Source of the DNA: a virus
Lineage: Duplodnaviria; Caudoviricetes
Strand: one strand, 5' to 3'
Length of the DNA stretch: 64,000 nucleotides
Virus record (IMG/VR): IMGVR_UViG_3300028832_000110
Location: 1 to 64,000 of that record
Under the pieces are notes generated by a model. That model searched no databases, was not told the origin of the DNA, and saw only the letters and a program-made list of their open reading frames with translations. Position 1 is the first letter of the stretch. The number at the start of each line of letters is the position of its first letter. This document shows, piece after piece, positions 46,470 to 57,600 of this stretch. The translations under genes and the position numbers were made by a program.

Positions 46470-47693
46470 TTAAATAGTTGCTCTTACGATACCACTGATA
46501 TTCTTTCCTGCATTGTGAATGTCGGCAAAGCAGCAGGTAAAACCGCCTCGCGTCCATGCCTGACCGCTACCAGTCTTGCTAATGTCACACCATCCATCAC
46601 TCCACTTTCCCGCTACGTTCAAAGGCGAACCAGACTCAGAAGTGAAGTCGCTTGATGTCATAGCCGAACCGTTGGCTTTCTTTGGCATGAACTCAAATTT
46701 CTTGACAGTCTTGATGTCTTCGGCATCGGTGTTGGTGGCAATGAATATATCCCACGTCACCTTCTGACCTTTGTGAAGCGAGACTGGAGCACCATTGATT
46801 TTTGCCGATGTGCCTCCGAGCGTGTAGTAGACATACATTACCTGCTCGTCGCCTTGGTCATCAATAGTCTCAGTAATCGTCAACACGTCATTCCACTGCG
46901 TCGCATCGTTTTCATCCTTGACTTGGAAGGTACAGGTAACGGTGGCAATATCCAACACACCGCTTTCGTCGTCGCCGCTGACATGGAGAATGTCGTTGGT
47001 CTTACCAGTGCCAGACGATGACATATAGATTGGGTCATTGGGATTGGTGGAGGTAACGGTAGTGCCGTTGAACTTCCACACGCACTTGTATTCGCTGACT
47101 CCGACACCTGCTGAATATAGGTTGGCAACACAACGTATGCTTTGGTCATCGGAAAGGATGACACTGCCATCTGGGAAGTCAATGCCTCCGAAATATCCAT
47201 TGCTCGAAACCTCGCCCAACTGAACGGTAACACCTGCTGAGAAAGGAATAGGATCGCCAGACATTTCGACATTTCCATCAATGCGGATAACGTCATTGTT
47301 CAATGCACCTGCCAAAGCCAGGTTATACACTATCTTCAATGCAGGCATCGAAATTCCATTCCATGTCGCCGTTGTGCGTTGGAACAATGAGTGTGTTCCA
47401 GATTTGGCATTGGTGGAATAACCTTCGCTGTCAAATGTAATTTCCGTATTATTCCAGTACCATTTGACGGCATTTTGTGTCTCAGCACTCCATCCAGTAG
47501 GTGCAATAGGAGTTGCACCATCAAGAAGGGTAAGGTAGATAGTTGGGCCTGCGCCTGCTGACCAATCTGGAGAAAAAGTTCCATTCTCCTTGTTGTAGCC
47601 TTGCGATAAAGACTTATTGGCTACCAGTGAGCCGTGAATAGTCGTACCATCGTCGATAGACGACATGAATATTTGATTACTTACATATCCCAT
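46470..47693 (-). CDS. Tail/baseplate structural protein (Ig-like)
   Basis: 407 aa, beta-rich, in the tail module. Confidence 0.6.
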   Translation of the reverse strand: MGYVSNQIFMSSIDDGTTIHGSLVANKSLSQGYNKENGTFSPDWSAGAGPTIYLTLLDGATPIAPTGWSAETQNAVKWYWNNTEITFDSEGYSTNAKSGTHSLFQRTTATWNGISMPALKIVYNLALAGALNNDVIRIDGNVEMSGDPIPFSAGVTVQLGEVSSNGYFGGIDFPDGSVILSDDQSIRCVANLYSAGVGVSEYKCVWKFNGTTVTSTNPNDPIYMSSSGTGKTNDILHVSGDDESGVLDIATVTCTFQVKDENDATQWNDVLTITETIDDQGDEQVMYVYYTLGGTSAKINGAPVSLHKGQKVTWDIFIATNTDAEDIKTVKKFEFMPKKANGSAMTSSDFTSESGSPLNVAGKWSDGWCDISKTGSGQAWTRGGFTCCFADIHNAGKNISGIVRATI

Positions 47694-47696
47694 AGC

Positions 47697-47993
47697 TTAT
47701 TCCTCCGTATTATTTTCTGTTACACTTTCGGGGTTATTTTCTTTCTTGATACCGCCACTACCGCCAATCTCATGTCCGTTTCTGGCAATAAGTTCTTTGG
47801 CTGTGGCAGCAGCGATTTCTACAACATCTGGCTCACGCACGTCAATTTGTTTGAGCTGACCGCTATTGATAGCACTTCTGATGTCGGACTCAGACAACAC
47901 GTATCTTTCGCCCTCGATTTTATAGCGGCATTGTGTGAGGCTGCATTTGCCTGCGATTTCCGCACTGACTGAATAGTGTTTATTCGTTCTCAT
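47697..47993 (-). CDS. Hypothetical protein
   Basis: ORF in the tail operon. Confidence 0.6.
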   Translation of the reverse strand: MRTNKHYSVSAEIAGKCSLTQCRYKIEGERYVLSESDIRSAINSGQLKQIDVREPDVVEIAAATAKELIARNGHEIGGSGGIKKENNPESVTENNTEE

Positions 47994-48003
47994 ATCTCAC
48001 CAA

Positions 48004-49191
48004 TTAGAATTTACGTCCAGTTACGATTTTACCGCTATGCGTCACAACCTTACCGCCATGAGTTACGGCAACCATAGCACCGAGAATCTTTCCCTCTGGC
48101 ACAACGTTTACTGGATATTGGTTGCCTATAACCTCGCTTTCTGGAATTGTGATAGAAGCACCAGTGCCAAGGTATCGGCTAATTTTTACTCCAGTATCTG
48201 GATTGATTTTCTCCAGAGTCCATTCCGTGACAATTCTCTCGTTGGCAATTTCTTCTGGAATGTCAAAGCCGTTTTGACGATAAAGAACTTTATAAGTGTG
48301 ACTCACCATGTCTGCGCGGGCTGTGTCGCCATTAATGCTATAAGCGCGTCCGCGAAGTCGGCGCGTATCCCAAGAAACGTTTGCCCTTGCCTTTACGAAT
48401 GGAACATTGGGTGCTGTGGCAGTAGTAGAGTCTGCCATCTTAACATATAGTTCAATGCCATCCGATTCATAGTCGGCATTGAGCGTGATGGTACTACCGT
48501 TGCTGCTAAGACTCACCAAAGCCAAAAGCGGGTTGTTACTGTCATCAACGGCAACGAGACTGCCATTATAGAGATAGTACCAGAAGAATTTGCAGGTACT
48601 TGATACATCGTCACCGCCTTGCATGGCTTTTGCCGTAAACGACACAATAGGCGATATGTTGGAAAGTGGTCGCCAGTAAATGCGATCACCAGTTGCATTG
48701 CCGTTATACAAGCCGCTTATCTTGATTGAGTATGCGGATTCTGCCACGTCATCGGTTGTGACGGTCACTGATTCTTCTATGGTTTCGGGTGATCCTTTGC
48801 GGCTGTCTATGTAAGTCACTGAGCAACGAAGGGTAAGACCATTGCCATAGGGAACGTTCTTACGCATTATCAATGAGCCGTCTGCACCAACAGAGAAATC
48901 GGCAGAGGTATCGTCGGCAGTATAAGCCGTAGTAGTGCCGTTCTTATCCGTGACATACCAAGTCACTGAGGAATAGGTGGGCTTATACGTCTGCTTGCTG
49001 TCTGGGTCGTAAACAGATACGTCAGGACGTAAGATAAGGGGAGTAATCTCGTGATCGGGTTCATAGGCTTGCTCCGTTCTGTAATAGAATTGGCGCAAAC
49101 CGATATTTCCTACGTCAACGAGACTAATCGTCGCGTTTAACGGCGTGAAGAGGGTGCTTACCCCAAGTCCTTGTGATTTTACTTTCTTCAT
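48004..49191 (-). CDS. Tail/baseplate structural protein (Ig-like)
   Basis: 395 aa, in the tail module. Confidence 0.6.
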   Translation of the reverse strand: MKKVKSQGLGVSTLFTPLNATISLVDVGNIGLRQFYYRTEQAYEPDHEITPLILRPDVSVYDPDSKQTYKPTYSSVTWYVTDKNGTTTAYTADDTSADFSVGADGSLIMRKNVPYGNGLTLRCSVTYIDSRKGSPETIEESVTVTTDDVAESAYSIKISGLYNGNATGDRIYWRPLSNISPIVSFTAKAMQGGDDVSSTCKFFWYYLYNGSLVAVDDSNNPLLALVSLSSNGSTITLNADYESDGIELYVKMADSTTATAPNVPFVKARANVSWDTRRLRGRAYSINGDTARADMVSHTYKVLYRQNGFDIPEEIANERIVTEWTLEKINPDTGVKISRYLGTGASITIPESEVIGNQYPVNVVPEGKILGAMVAVTHGGKVVTHSGKIVTGRKF

Positions 49192-49197
49192 ATCTCG

Positions 49198-52100
49198 TTA
49201 AAATGTTATTTCTGCACTTATTTCCGTATCTATGTTGGCAGCATAAGCCAAACATTCAAATTTAGCAGGATTTTGAGCACTCCAACCAGTAGGCATATCA
49301 GCAGCCGTAATGGTGATATTGCGTTGCTTATGCGTCTGACCCCATGCCTTGTCTTCAGTACCGTCAGCAAGGTATCGCTTCCACTGCCATGAAGTCACTT
49401 TGCTCGAAATGTCTTCCATGCCCCAAATAACCTTTGGAACAATGGGGATATTGATATTTGTCTTTCGGGTAGTGATGTATTCACCGTATGGCGTTCCATC
49501 TGGGCGATAGAATTTCAGACTGAATGTAGTGTTTCCACTTATGATTTGCCAGTCCGTACAACCGAATGTCGGCTCCTGGGTTGTTCCGTCAACAAGACAT
49601 TCCCATAAAATGCCATAGTTCCAGACACGGCTAATCTCCAAATCCACCTTAAACTCCAACATCATCTTCTTATGCAAATCCGCGTCAGACAAAGAAGAAT
49701 ATGCGGGATCGTCACGATATTGCCTCCACGTAGCTTTCGTGTAGGTTTTGAAGTGATATGGGTCAAAGATTTGCTGACCATTGTAATCAGTAGTTGGCTG
49801 TGGAACGGTACTATCAGGAGCAACCCACTGACCTCTATCCTCTTTGACAACCTTCGCAGGATAATTTGCATTGTGCTGATGGTCGTAGAATACGGTGTTG
49901 ACGTACAGCGACGGCATATTGACATTCCAAATCGGTTTACCTTGCGCATCGTGTGGAAGGTTGGCTAAGTCTGGCAATATACCAAGACAAAGAGCATAGT
50001 TGTTATCGTCGATAATGGGCTTGTCTACGTTCCAGAAGAAACTCAGTCTCTTATCGGTTGTAGATAATACCCATGACTGCTGCCTACCCAACTGGCTCTG
50101 CTTAACGGAATCGCTATAAGAAGTCGGATCATCGCCATTCTCCAAACCATCGGCGACATTGCCGTGCCTTGTCAGAGTGACAATTTTCTCATAGCCATCT
50201 GGGAATAGTTCATAGTCTTCAAGCAATGCAGCCGTGTAATCCTCGTCAATCTCAGTACCGAGGAATGTGAAGTTTTTGGCTCCTGGCACTATTGGGTCGC
50301 CATTCAGCTTAACACCATTATAAGGAGCAACCTTTATAGTGTTGTTTTCAAGGTCTACGCTTATGACTTTCACATAGCAAGTAAAGTATGTGCCATGATC
50401 AAGTAAGTCGTTTATCTTTGCATAGAGAATATCACCGGGATAGAAAGGCGTATGGTCGTTATCATGCTCTTTGTGCATTGTCAAAACCAAACGCTGACCT
50501 CCATCTGAGAAATCAACGCGCTCTGTGGTGTCACCCTCAGTAAAGGAATAATCACTTTCCATCAACTGCAAGCGGTTGATGATAAGTTCCATGACGCGAA
50601 GGAATCCACGAACATTCATGCCATCGGCCTCAATGAGTCCTTCTTTGGCATTCATGTAGATACCAGTTCCGTCCAAGAAACCAGAACGCGCACCTTCACT
50701 CTTCAGCTCATTGGAGAAAATCAGATTCTTTACTTTCAGCAAGTCCTCTACATTCAGAGTACCCTTTACCAATCCTCTAACAATGAGATCAATGAAGTCC
50801 GCTGTACCGTCTGGGGCAACAGAAGCTCCTTTGTCTTTATCGCTTCCTTCCAATGGGTGCTCACGGTAGAATTCACCAAACCATGCTGCATACAAAGACT
50901 TCAATCCCTTTTCAAAAGTGATACGTCCTGCTGCAATATCGTCTGTTAGTCTCGAAATAAAGTATTCAGAGCCATATTGTCTGATGAACCCCTTTATTTG
51001 TGCTACGCTATATCCACCACCTCCACCAAACACATAGGAAGAAAGACTATTCACCTGCTGCTGAACACGCTGCAACATACCCACCTGCTTGTCATTCCTC
51101 AGAACGATTTCATAGGTCGGTATGCCCTTATTGCCATTCTCCTTAATAGTAATATTATCAATGAATACGCTACCGTCAACATTCAAGTCCTCGTCATTGA
51201 AGAGCATGAGCATACCAGCTTTCAACGTGTCATGCAGACTGATAACCGTTGCAGGTGAATTCATCGCTCTCTCATGCTGACGCGCCATAAATATTTCATC
51301 TATCTTTGGCAGATAGGTGAAGCGGGTGTAGTTATTATTCAATAGCCAGTATATTGACTTGCGAAGCATCTTAACGCTTGCAGCCCATATATAGCTGCTG
51401 TCAGAAATGTCAATATCCAGAAGCACAAAATGGTCGCCAGTGCGAATCTGGTATGCTTCATTGGCTCTTGCAGCCTCACCTCTTGCGGCATGGCTTGAAT
51501 ATGGGAACCAGAGGTCAAGGGCTTCATCATGGCAACGGTCAACATTGAGAATCCATCCCGTACCATCTGCCACAACGCTCTTTACATTGAAATTCCTTGC
51601 ACCGCAATAGCCGTCTTTCATTGAGATAGTAAGGCTACCGCTGTTATCAACCGCTGATTCAAGGTCAAAGCCTATGTCTTTGAGTTTGATCTTGAACGGC
51701 TCAATTTCGTCCTCTCCGACAAAAACGCCATTGTCCTGAATGACATCTGCACCGCGAACTTCATCAATACGTTCCTCAGACGATGTGCCATAGACATCGC
51801 CAACGGTCATACCTTCGATGCTTGGGTACACCTCCTGCAAGCCGTTATCGTCGTTTTCCTCATTGAATTGGATATTACCTTCTTTGATGCCTATCAAATC
51901 GGCATTGCCACTGACGATATAGGGTTTGAGGCGTTCATTGGAGAAACGGATAATATGCTCACCCTCTATGCTCATAAAGGCATCACCCCATGCGTCGGAT
52001 GGTGTCTTTCTGATATAGACATAGGTGATACCCTCCGCAATAACGGTCTTACACAACTCAGCTAACGAATACTTTGGAAATCCCGGTAGCATTAGCATAT

Positions 52101-53340
52101 TAACAGCCATGTTATTGGGAACAAACACCGTCGAATAGTCTGTATGATCTACTGGCCACCTCTGGAAACTGATGCCCTCGCTGACAATAACGCTGTTTTT
52201 GCCATTGATGGCATTGAGGAATGCGATGGCTTTGTCACGGTCTGGCTCTTCAAAGTCGCGTGTGCCATACCATACCTGCACCCTATACTCTTTGAGGGTA
52301 GTGGTTTCAAAAAGTTCAAAGAATCCAGTAACGGTTACGCCTCCGCACGTCAACTTCAACACATATCTTGGGTTTTCGTCCGTTCCGGGCGATGACTTCG
52401 AGCGTCGAGTATAATACTCGTAGTCAGTGATGTCGGGGATGAAGTGCATTGAAATAGTCGGCGACACACTTGTTGTAACCGTAATCGTAGAATTCAGTAT
52501 GCAGGTCTTACCAAGTTCTGCATAGTAACGAAGAGGAAGATTCTTGTCAGAACCATAAGCAAACAATTTCGTTACTACTTGTTGGTCGTTTTCTGCCTTG
52601 CGTTCAATGGCATAGAGTCCTTTGTTTTTTCCGTATCTGAAAACGTGGTCAACAGGTATGCCCTCGCCGCCAACGATTAAAGCGCGTCCTTTTGTGATGA
52701 AATTCAGTCCGAAATTATTCTTGATGAATTCAAGGGCTGTGCTTACATTGATTTTGTCAACGGCGATATTGACGTTAAATTTCTCGTTTTCTACGGCAGC
52801 AGTAGGATTGCTATGGTCTGTGCCGAAAATCTGCTCCCACAACGAGCTTGCAGCAGCCTTTTTCGTGGGATTGGTGTTATAACGCTGCAAGGTTCTATTG
52901 TAGTTGGGAGTAACCAACAGCCACTCACCGTTATAGCGGTCAATATTTGCCTGCAACCTATCTACGAGGTCATCAACGGTCTCGCAGTAGAAAGAGAATG
53001 TAGGGAGGTTGGTGTAGTGGATATTGTTGTCATACAACACAACGTCAAGGAATCTGACCTCAGACAATTCGGCTGAACGTGCGGATAACTTGACATTCTC
53101 GTACTTGAATGCCTCACCATAACTACCCTTTCTCGCCTGTTTCAATGCAGAGGGAAGGTTGTATATGCAATAGATTTCGTCGCGGTAGATAAGGAAATCA
53201 CCTATCTCCAGTTCAATGGGATTGGGAGAGGTAATCTTAACCATGACATATTCCTCACCCATCCATATATCGTGATACTCCAGATCACTGGCGATATACT
53301 TCTCAACGCCTGACTTGTCAAATATCGTCCACTTTTCCAT
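49198..53340 (-). CDS. Tail tip / baseplate hub (Tal-like) protein
   Basis: 1380 aa; FRYGKNKGLY...VTKLFAYGS..NLP; follows the Dit-like gene. Confidence 0.75.
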   Translation of the reverse strand: MEKWTIFDKSGVEKYIASDLEYHDIWMGEEYVMVKITSPNPIELEIGDFLIYRDEIYCIYNLPSALKQARKGSYGEAFKYENVKLSARSAELSEVRFLDVVLYDNNIHYTNLPTFSFYCETVDDLVDRLQANIDRYNGEWLLVTPNYNRTLQRYNTNPTKKAAASSLWEQIFGTDHSNPTAAVENEKFNVNIAVDKINVSTALEFIKNNFGLNFITKGRALIVGGEGIPVDHVFRYGKNKGLYAIERKAENDQQVVTKLFAYGSDKNLPLRYYAELGKTCILNSTITVTTSVSPTISMHFIPDITDYEYYTRRSKSSPGTDENPRYVLKLTCGGVTVTGFFELFETTTLKEYRVQVWYGTRDFEEPDRDKAIAFLNAINGKNSVIVSEGISFQRWPVDHTDYSTVFVPNNMAVNMLMLPGFPKYSLAELCKTVIAEGITYVYIRKTPSDAWGDAFMSIEGEHIIRFSNERLKPYIVSGNADLIGIKEGNIQFNEENDDNGLQEVYPSIEGMTVGDVYGTSSEERIDEVRGADVIQDNGVFVGEDEIEPFKIKLKDIGFDLESAVDNSGSLTISMKDGYCGARNFNVKSVVADGTGWILNVDRCHDEALDLWFPYSSHAARGEAARANEAYQIRTGDHFVLLDIDISDSSYIWAASVKMLRKSIYWLLNNNYTRFTYLPKIDEIFMARQHERAMNSPATVISLHDTLKAGMLMLFNDEDLNVDGSVFIDNITIKENGNKGIPTYEIVLRNDKQVGMLQRVQQQVNSLSSYVFGGGGGYSVAQIKGFIRQYGSEYFISRLTDDIAAGRITFEKGLKSLYAAWFGEFYREHPLEGSDKDKGASVAPDGTADFIDLIVRGLVKGTLNVEDLLKVKNLIFSNELKSEGARSGFLDGTGIYMNAKEGLIEADGMNVRGFLRVMELIINRLQLMESDYSFTEGDTTERVDFSDGGQRLVLTMHKEHDNDHTPFYPGDILYAKINDLLDHGTYFTCYVKVISVDLENNTIKVAPYNGVKLNGDPIVPGAKNFTFLGTEIDEDYTAALLEDYELFPDGYEKIVTLTRHGNVADGLENGDDPTSYSDSVKQSQLGRQQSWVLSTTDKRLSFFWNVDKPIIDDNNYALCLGILPDLANLPHDAQGKPIWNVNMPSLYVNTVFYDHQHNANYPAKVVKEDRGQWVAPDSTVPQPTTDYNGQQIFDPYHFKTYTKATWRQYRDDPAYSSLSDADLHKKMMLEFKVDLEISRVWNYGILWECLVDGTTQEPTFGCTDWQIISGNTTFSLKFYRPDGTPYGEYITTRKTNINIPIVPKVIWGMEDISSKVTSWQWKRYLADGTEDKAWGQTHKQRNITITAADMPTGWSAQNPAKFECLAYAANIDTEISAEITF

Positions 53341-53352
53341 AGCATCCAGAGT

Positions 53353-53865
53353 TTACGATACAACATTGAAGTCTTCATCAAGACAAGTCACGGGGTCGGT
53401 AACGCGGAAAGTCGAGGAAAAGTCAGCAATGGAATTGGGATTGATGTCATCATAGAAGAAAAGTCCGTCATCAATTTCCTTGACATATAAGCCCCTGCGC
53501 CCGATTTTCGTATATTCGTCGTAAACAGCAAGAAATACACCAGTTTCAGTGCCACGACAATCAGAGATATAGTTGATGAAATTGCGGAGGTCTGAAGACA
53601 TATTCTCTTCAATTCCATCATACAAGAAGGTCACTTTCAGATCGTATGCCTGAAACCTCAATCCATCCTTTGACATGAATACGTCCTCACCGTCTTCGTC
53701 ATGCCAGTCGCGTGATGGCAGTTCTTTTGACTTGGGGAGGTGCTTGAATGGTAGTTCCTGACAAAGAATGTGATAAGTTTCATATACGTCAACAATCTCG
53801 CCTACATTCTCGTAGTCGGTTCCGTCATACGTTTGCTTCTGTATAAGAATCTTCTTTGGTTCCAT
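53353..53865 (-). CDS. Distal tail (Dit-like) protein
   Basis: KELPSRDWHDEDGED...FRVTDP; position after the tape measure gene. Confidence 0.6.
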   Translation of the reverse strand: MEPKKILIQKQTYDGTDYENVGEIVDVYETYHILCQELPFKHLPKSKELPSRDWHDEDGEDVFMSKDGLRFQAYDLKVTFLYDGIEENMSSDLRNFINYISDCRGTETGVFLAVYDEYTKIGRRGLYVKEIDDGLFFYDDINPNSIADFSSTFRVTDPVTCLDEDFNVVS

Positions 53866-53881
53866 CGCATAAACTTTGCGG

Positions 53882-53996
53882 CAAATTTAGTAAAACATCT
53901 TTACAATTAATAGAGAAAAATCTATATTATAATCAAAAAATATTATTAATATCTATTTTTAATACCAATGTTAAAGATTTTTTCGTAAGTTTGCAG
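53882..53996. promoter_or_regulatory. Divergent promoters and operator inside the tail module
   Basis: TAAATTTG on - (53882-53889); TAAGTTTG on + (~53986); TAGAGAAAAATCTA at 53911-53924. Confidence 0.6.
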
Positions 53997-54011
53997 CAAA
54001 AATAAGAGGGT

Positions 54012-54530
54012 ATGGAAATAGAAAAACTGAATAATGCTTTGCGTAACGACGCGATTTCCTTCGGTCTGTGTCAGCAGTGGCAGGGCGATTGGAAAAACGA
54101 CTGGAATAAAGAGAAAATGGTGGATAAGTTTTTTGAGGGCATGGATTTCTGCCTGAAATACCGCTATCCAACCAACCAATTCATCAAGGATAATTTCGAC
54201 TTGGAATTCAGACGCGAAAGCAACGTCCTCGTCGATGACAAATATTCTCTATTGAATCCTGCCCGGGCTTTGGTCTGTGGAAATTCCACATCTACCATGC
54301 GCTTCAATGCCAGGAACCAAGGCTTGATATATGTGCGTGACAGCTCAGACATAAAAATATTAGCCAGTGGAAACGCCTTTGTTCTGGTTCATGTATTAGA
54401 CGATGCCTGCGTTCGCGTCGAACAGAAGGATAAGGCGAAGGTGGTAATTATCAATCATTCCCAAGACTCAGTAATCATAGCAGATTCTGATGTTAAGGTA
54501 AGGGAAGAATTGGACTGGCTGAAGAAATAA
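54012..54530 (+). CDS. Hypothetical protein, oppositely oriented inside the tail module
   Basis: 172 aa; own promoter and terminator; repetitive beta-strand C-terminal half. Confidence 0.75.
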   Translation: MEIEKLNNALRNDAISFGLCQQWQGDWKNDWNKEKMVDKFFEGMDFCLKYRYPTNQFIKDNFDLEFRRESNVLVDDKYSLLNPARALVCGNSTSTMRFNARNQGLIYVRDSSDIKILASGNAFVLVHVLDDACVRVEQKDKAKVVIINHSQDSVIIADSDVKVREELDWLKK

Positions 54531-54623
54531 GGTTTTTTCATAGTAATAAATAATTGTTTTAGGTTAGTAGTAATATTTATAGTTTTAGGTTTTTTCAGCA
54601 ACATTATAATTTTAATGTTACAG

Positions 54624-54670
54624 AAAAAAAAAGGAAGCGGAAATTCGTGAGAACTACCGCTTCTTTTTTA
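54624..54670. terminator. Bidirectional terminator
   Basis: A9-GGAAGCGG...CCGCTTC-T6. Confidence 0.75.
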
Positions 54671-54688
54671 CAATTATTCCAGAACGTG

Positions 54689-57600
54689 TTATTGCACCTT
54701 TATTCCGTCAACACCGTTAGCGAACCTATCAAGTCTGTTGCTGATATTCTCTATCATGCCGTAGATTTTTCCAGTCTCGCTAAACATCACCGCCAAAGCA
54801 GCCACATTCTTATCAATACTGCGCAAGGTTGTATTAACAGAAGTAACCTGCTGCATATACGCTCCCCAATACTCAGACACGAACTGAGTCAGAAGCATTC
54901 TATTAACAGCAACGTCAGCTCTGATGGCATTGATATAGCTTGCCAATAGGTCTGCTGTTTCCTCGGTAATGCTCTTGATAGAGCCACTGAGCGAACTTGT
55001 TTCTTTATTCTTGATGGAAAGTCCGGCTTGATTGACACCCTCTTCAAAGGCTTGGAGGAATTGCTGACCTGCCTTGATAGCCTGCTCACCTTCACCACCC
55101 TTACCAAAGAACTGAGAAATAACATTAGTTACTTGCTTTGCGCTCTTTTCGGGGTTGTCAATGTCGAATATGCCTCCAGTCCATGTGCCATCGGCATTCT
55201 TTACGCCGAATATCTTTGCCTGCAACCTATCCATGATAGGCTCAATTATAGCAAGTTGCATCATCTTACTTGCAAGGCTGCGAAGAATATCCTCAACGGC
55301 ATTCTTATAGGCTTTCGCCATATCCGTACCATTCTCGAAAGCAGTAGCGAGGGCATCGGTAAGCTGTTGCGCCCATCCTTTGAGGTCAATACCCCACAAC
55401 TCGTTTGCAAGGTCTAAGGCGAAGTAATGAATCTGATCGTCTAATTCGGCAATCTTACCTTTGTATTCCTCCAATGCAGAATCCGAACTATCCTTCTTAT
55501 CATATTCGGCATTATACATTTCCATGTACCTCTCTCTCTCGGAACGGAGATTTGCAAGTTGCTGCTTATAGCCAGTACCATCACCATTCTCTTGGTAGTA
55601 GTGATACATGGCTTCCTCGGCAGGGGAATTGAATCCTCTACCATATCTACTGCCCTTCAATATTGCACCCAAAAGACCAGTTTGCTTATTTGCAAAATCT
55701 ACATTTTCTTGATGGTAGTATTGGGAAGAATACGACTGGCGGTTATTACCAGTATCGTAACCAAGGGTTCTTTCTCTTGCTTTGAGGATCAATGCCGTGT
55801 TATTCTCGATTTTCGTAACCTCGGCTTTCAGTTCCTCAATCTTCTCTTGCAGTCCTTTGTCTGGATTAAACAAGTCAGAGAGTCCGAAGTCGAGTCCGAA
55901 GAGTCCACCGATACCGTCAATGGCACTTGCAACAATGTTACCCGCACCCTTCACCACTGAGCCGATGATTTGCGGGATATTGGAGATAACGGCTTCGATG
56001 ACGGAGGCAATCTTGTTAAGAAGTCCGTCGATAAAGCCCACTGGATCATCACCAAGCGTATCTATAATCTGTAATATCGCGCCGACAACGCCTCCGATAC
56101 TCTTTCCTGCCTCACCGAACAGTTGACCGACATTCTTAGCGAGTTCGCCATCACCCTTGATGACTTTTACGATATTGCCGATACCAAGCACAAGCCCTGA
56201 CAAAGAGCCTTGTGTAAATTGACCAAGTGCGGTAGAGAAATTATCCAGACCATCGGCAATATCATCACTCTTCTTTTTGAGATTTTGACCGCTTTGGTTT
56301 ACATTGGACTGATTCTCGCTTACTTCTTTATCAGCCTGCTTTTTCTTCTTAGTGGCTTCCTCCTTACGCTTTTTGGCATCGTCTTTCTCAGCCTTTGTCT
56401 TAGCATTGAGATAATCTTCCTCGGCCTTAGTTTCCTCGGCAGTGGCTTGCTGCAACCGCTTCATGCTATCAACAAGTGCGGCTACGTTCTTTACAAAGAT
56501 TTCCTTGGCCGTCATCACATCACCCCAAGCCCCTACATTAAACGGGCTTGTTGCGGTCTGAGAAGCACCACTAACCTTATTCTGCAAGTCAATATACTGC
56601 TGTTGCTGACTTGGGGTTAGCTTCTTGAAGTCCTCACCATTGATGATAGCGGATAACTGACGGTCAAGTTCCCTTGCCGTGCCTTTGAGCACATTTCCGA
56701 CAATGCCGAAAGCCTGATCAATCTGAGTGCTGTTGACAATAGCTTCCATATTCTCCACTTTCCTCTGGTTCTCAGCCTGAGTCTTGCGGGTGTTATATTC
56801 GGGTTGACCAATCTTACCGATTCTCTTCAACGTATTCAAATGCGTAATGGTAGCCAGATACTCGCTATTGATTTTGGCTATCTTGTCTTTCAATGAGCGA
56901 GAGTCCACAACCATCTTTGCATAGGCAGTGATAGCATCATTCTTTACGGTAATCTGTATCTCACGCCATTTCTCCATAGCGTTGACGATACCCTCTATCT
57001 GCTGCTGATAGCCTTGCAATGCCTTACGATATGAATCCTCGTCGGCAAAGTCTATACGGTTAAGGGTTGGCATAGCAGCCGTAACCATATCCTTTATCTG
57101 CGTATTAGACATGGAGGTGTCGAAGGTTATCTTATCCAGAATATTGGATTGCTTCAGAACGTCCTCTATCTCGCTACGAACGGCATCGGCTTGTGTACGG
57201 AAGACGTGTTCACCGCCAATATCTGCGAGGCTTGCAGCAAGCATCCTATCACCAGTGGTTTCGACAACGGACTTGTATATATCCCAACGCTTTGTCAGAT
57301 CGTCGAGTTGCTTTGCCATCTGCGAAGCCCAACGTTCTGAGGCGCGAGTGAGAGAATCGTAGTTGATGTCGGTAAGGAGGGATTCGGCTTGACGCAAAAC
57401 CCTAAGTGCCTGCTCACCGTTATTGAACTTTTTCTGCCCCCTCTGCTCCTTATAACGTGCAAGGGCATCGCGGCGTATCTGGTCGATGTATTGGGCGTAC
57501 TCGGCAATGTTGTTGACATCAATATCCATTCTCAACTTGATATTGGGGTCTTTGCGCCATTCGTCGAAAATATCACCGTATTTCTCTACGACCTCATTGA

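Noticed and set aside
42723-53340. Second DGR variable repeat in other tail genes
   Set aside because: No further TR-like copy found by eye in the window
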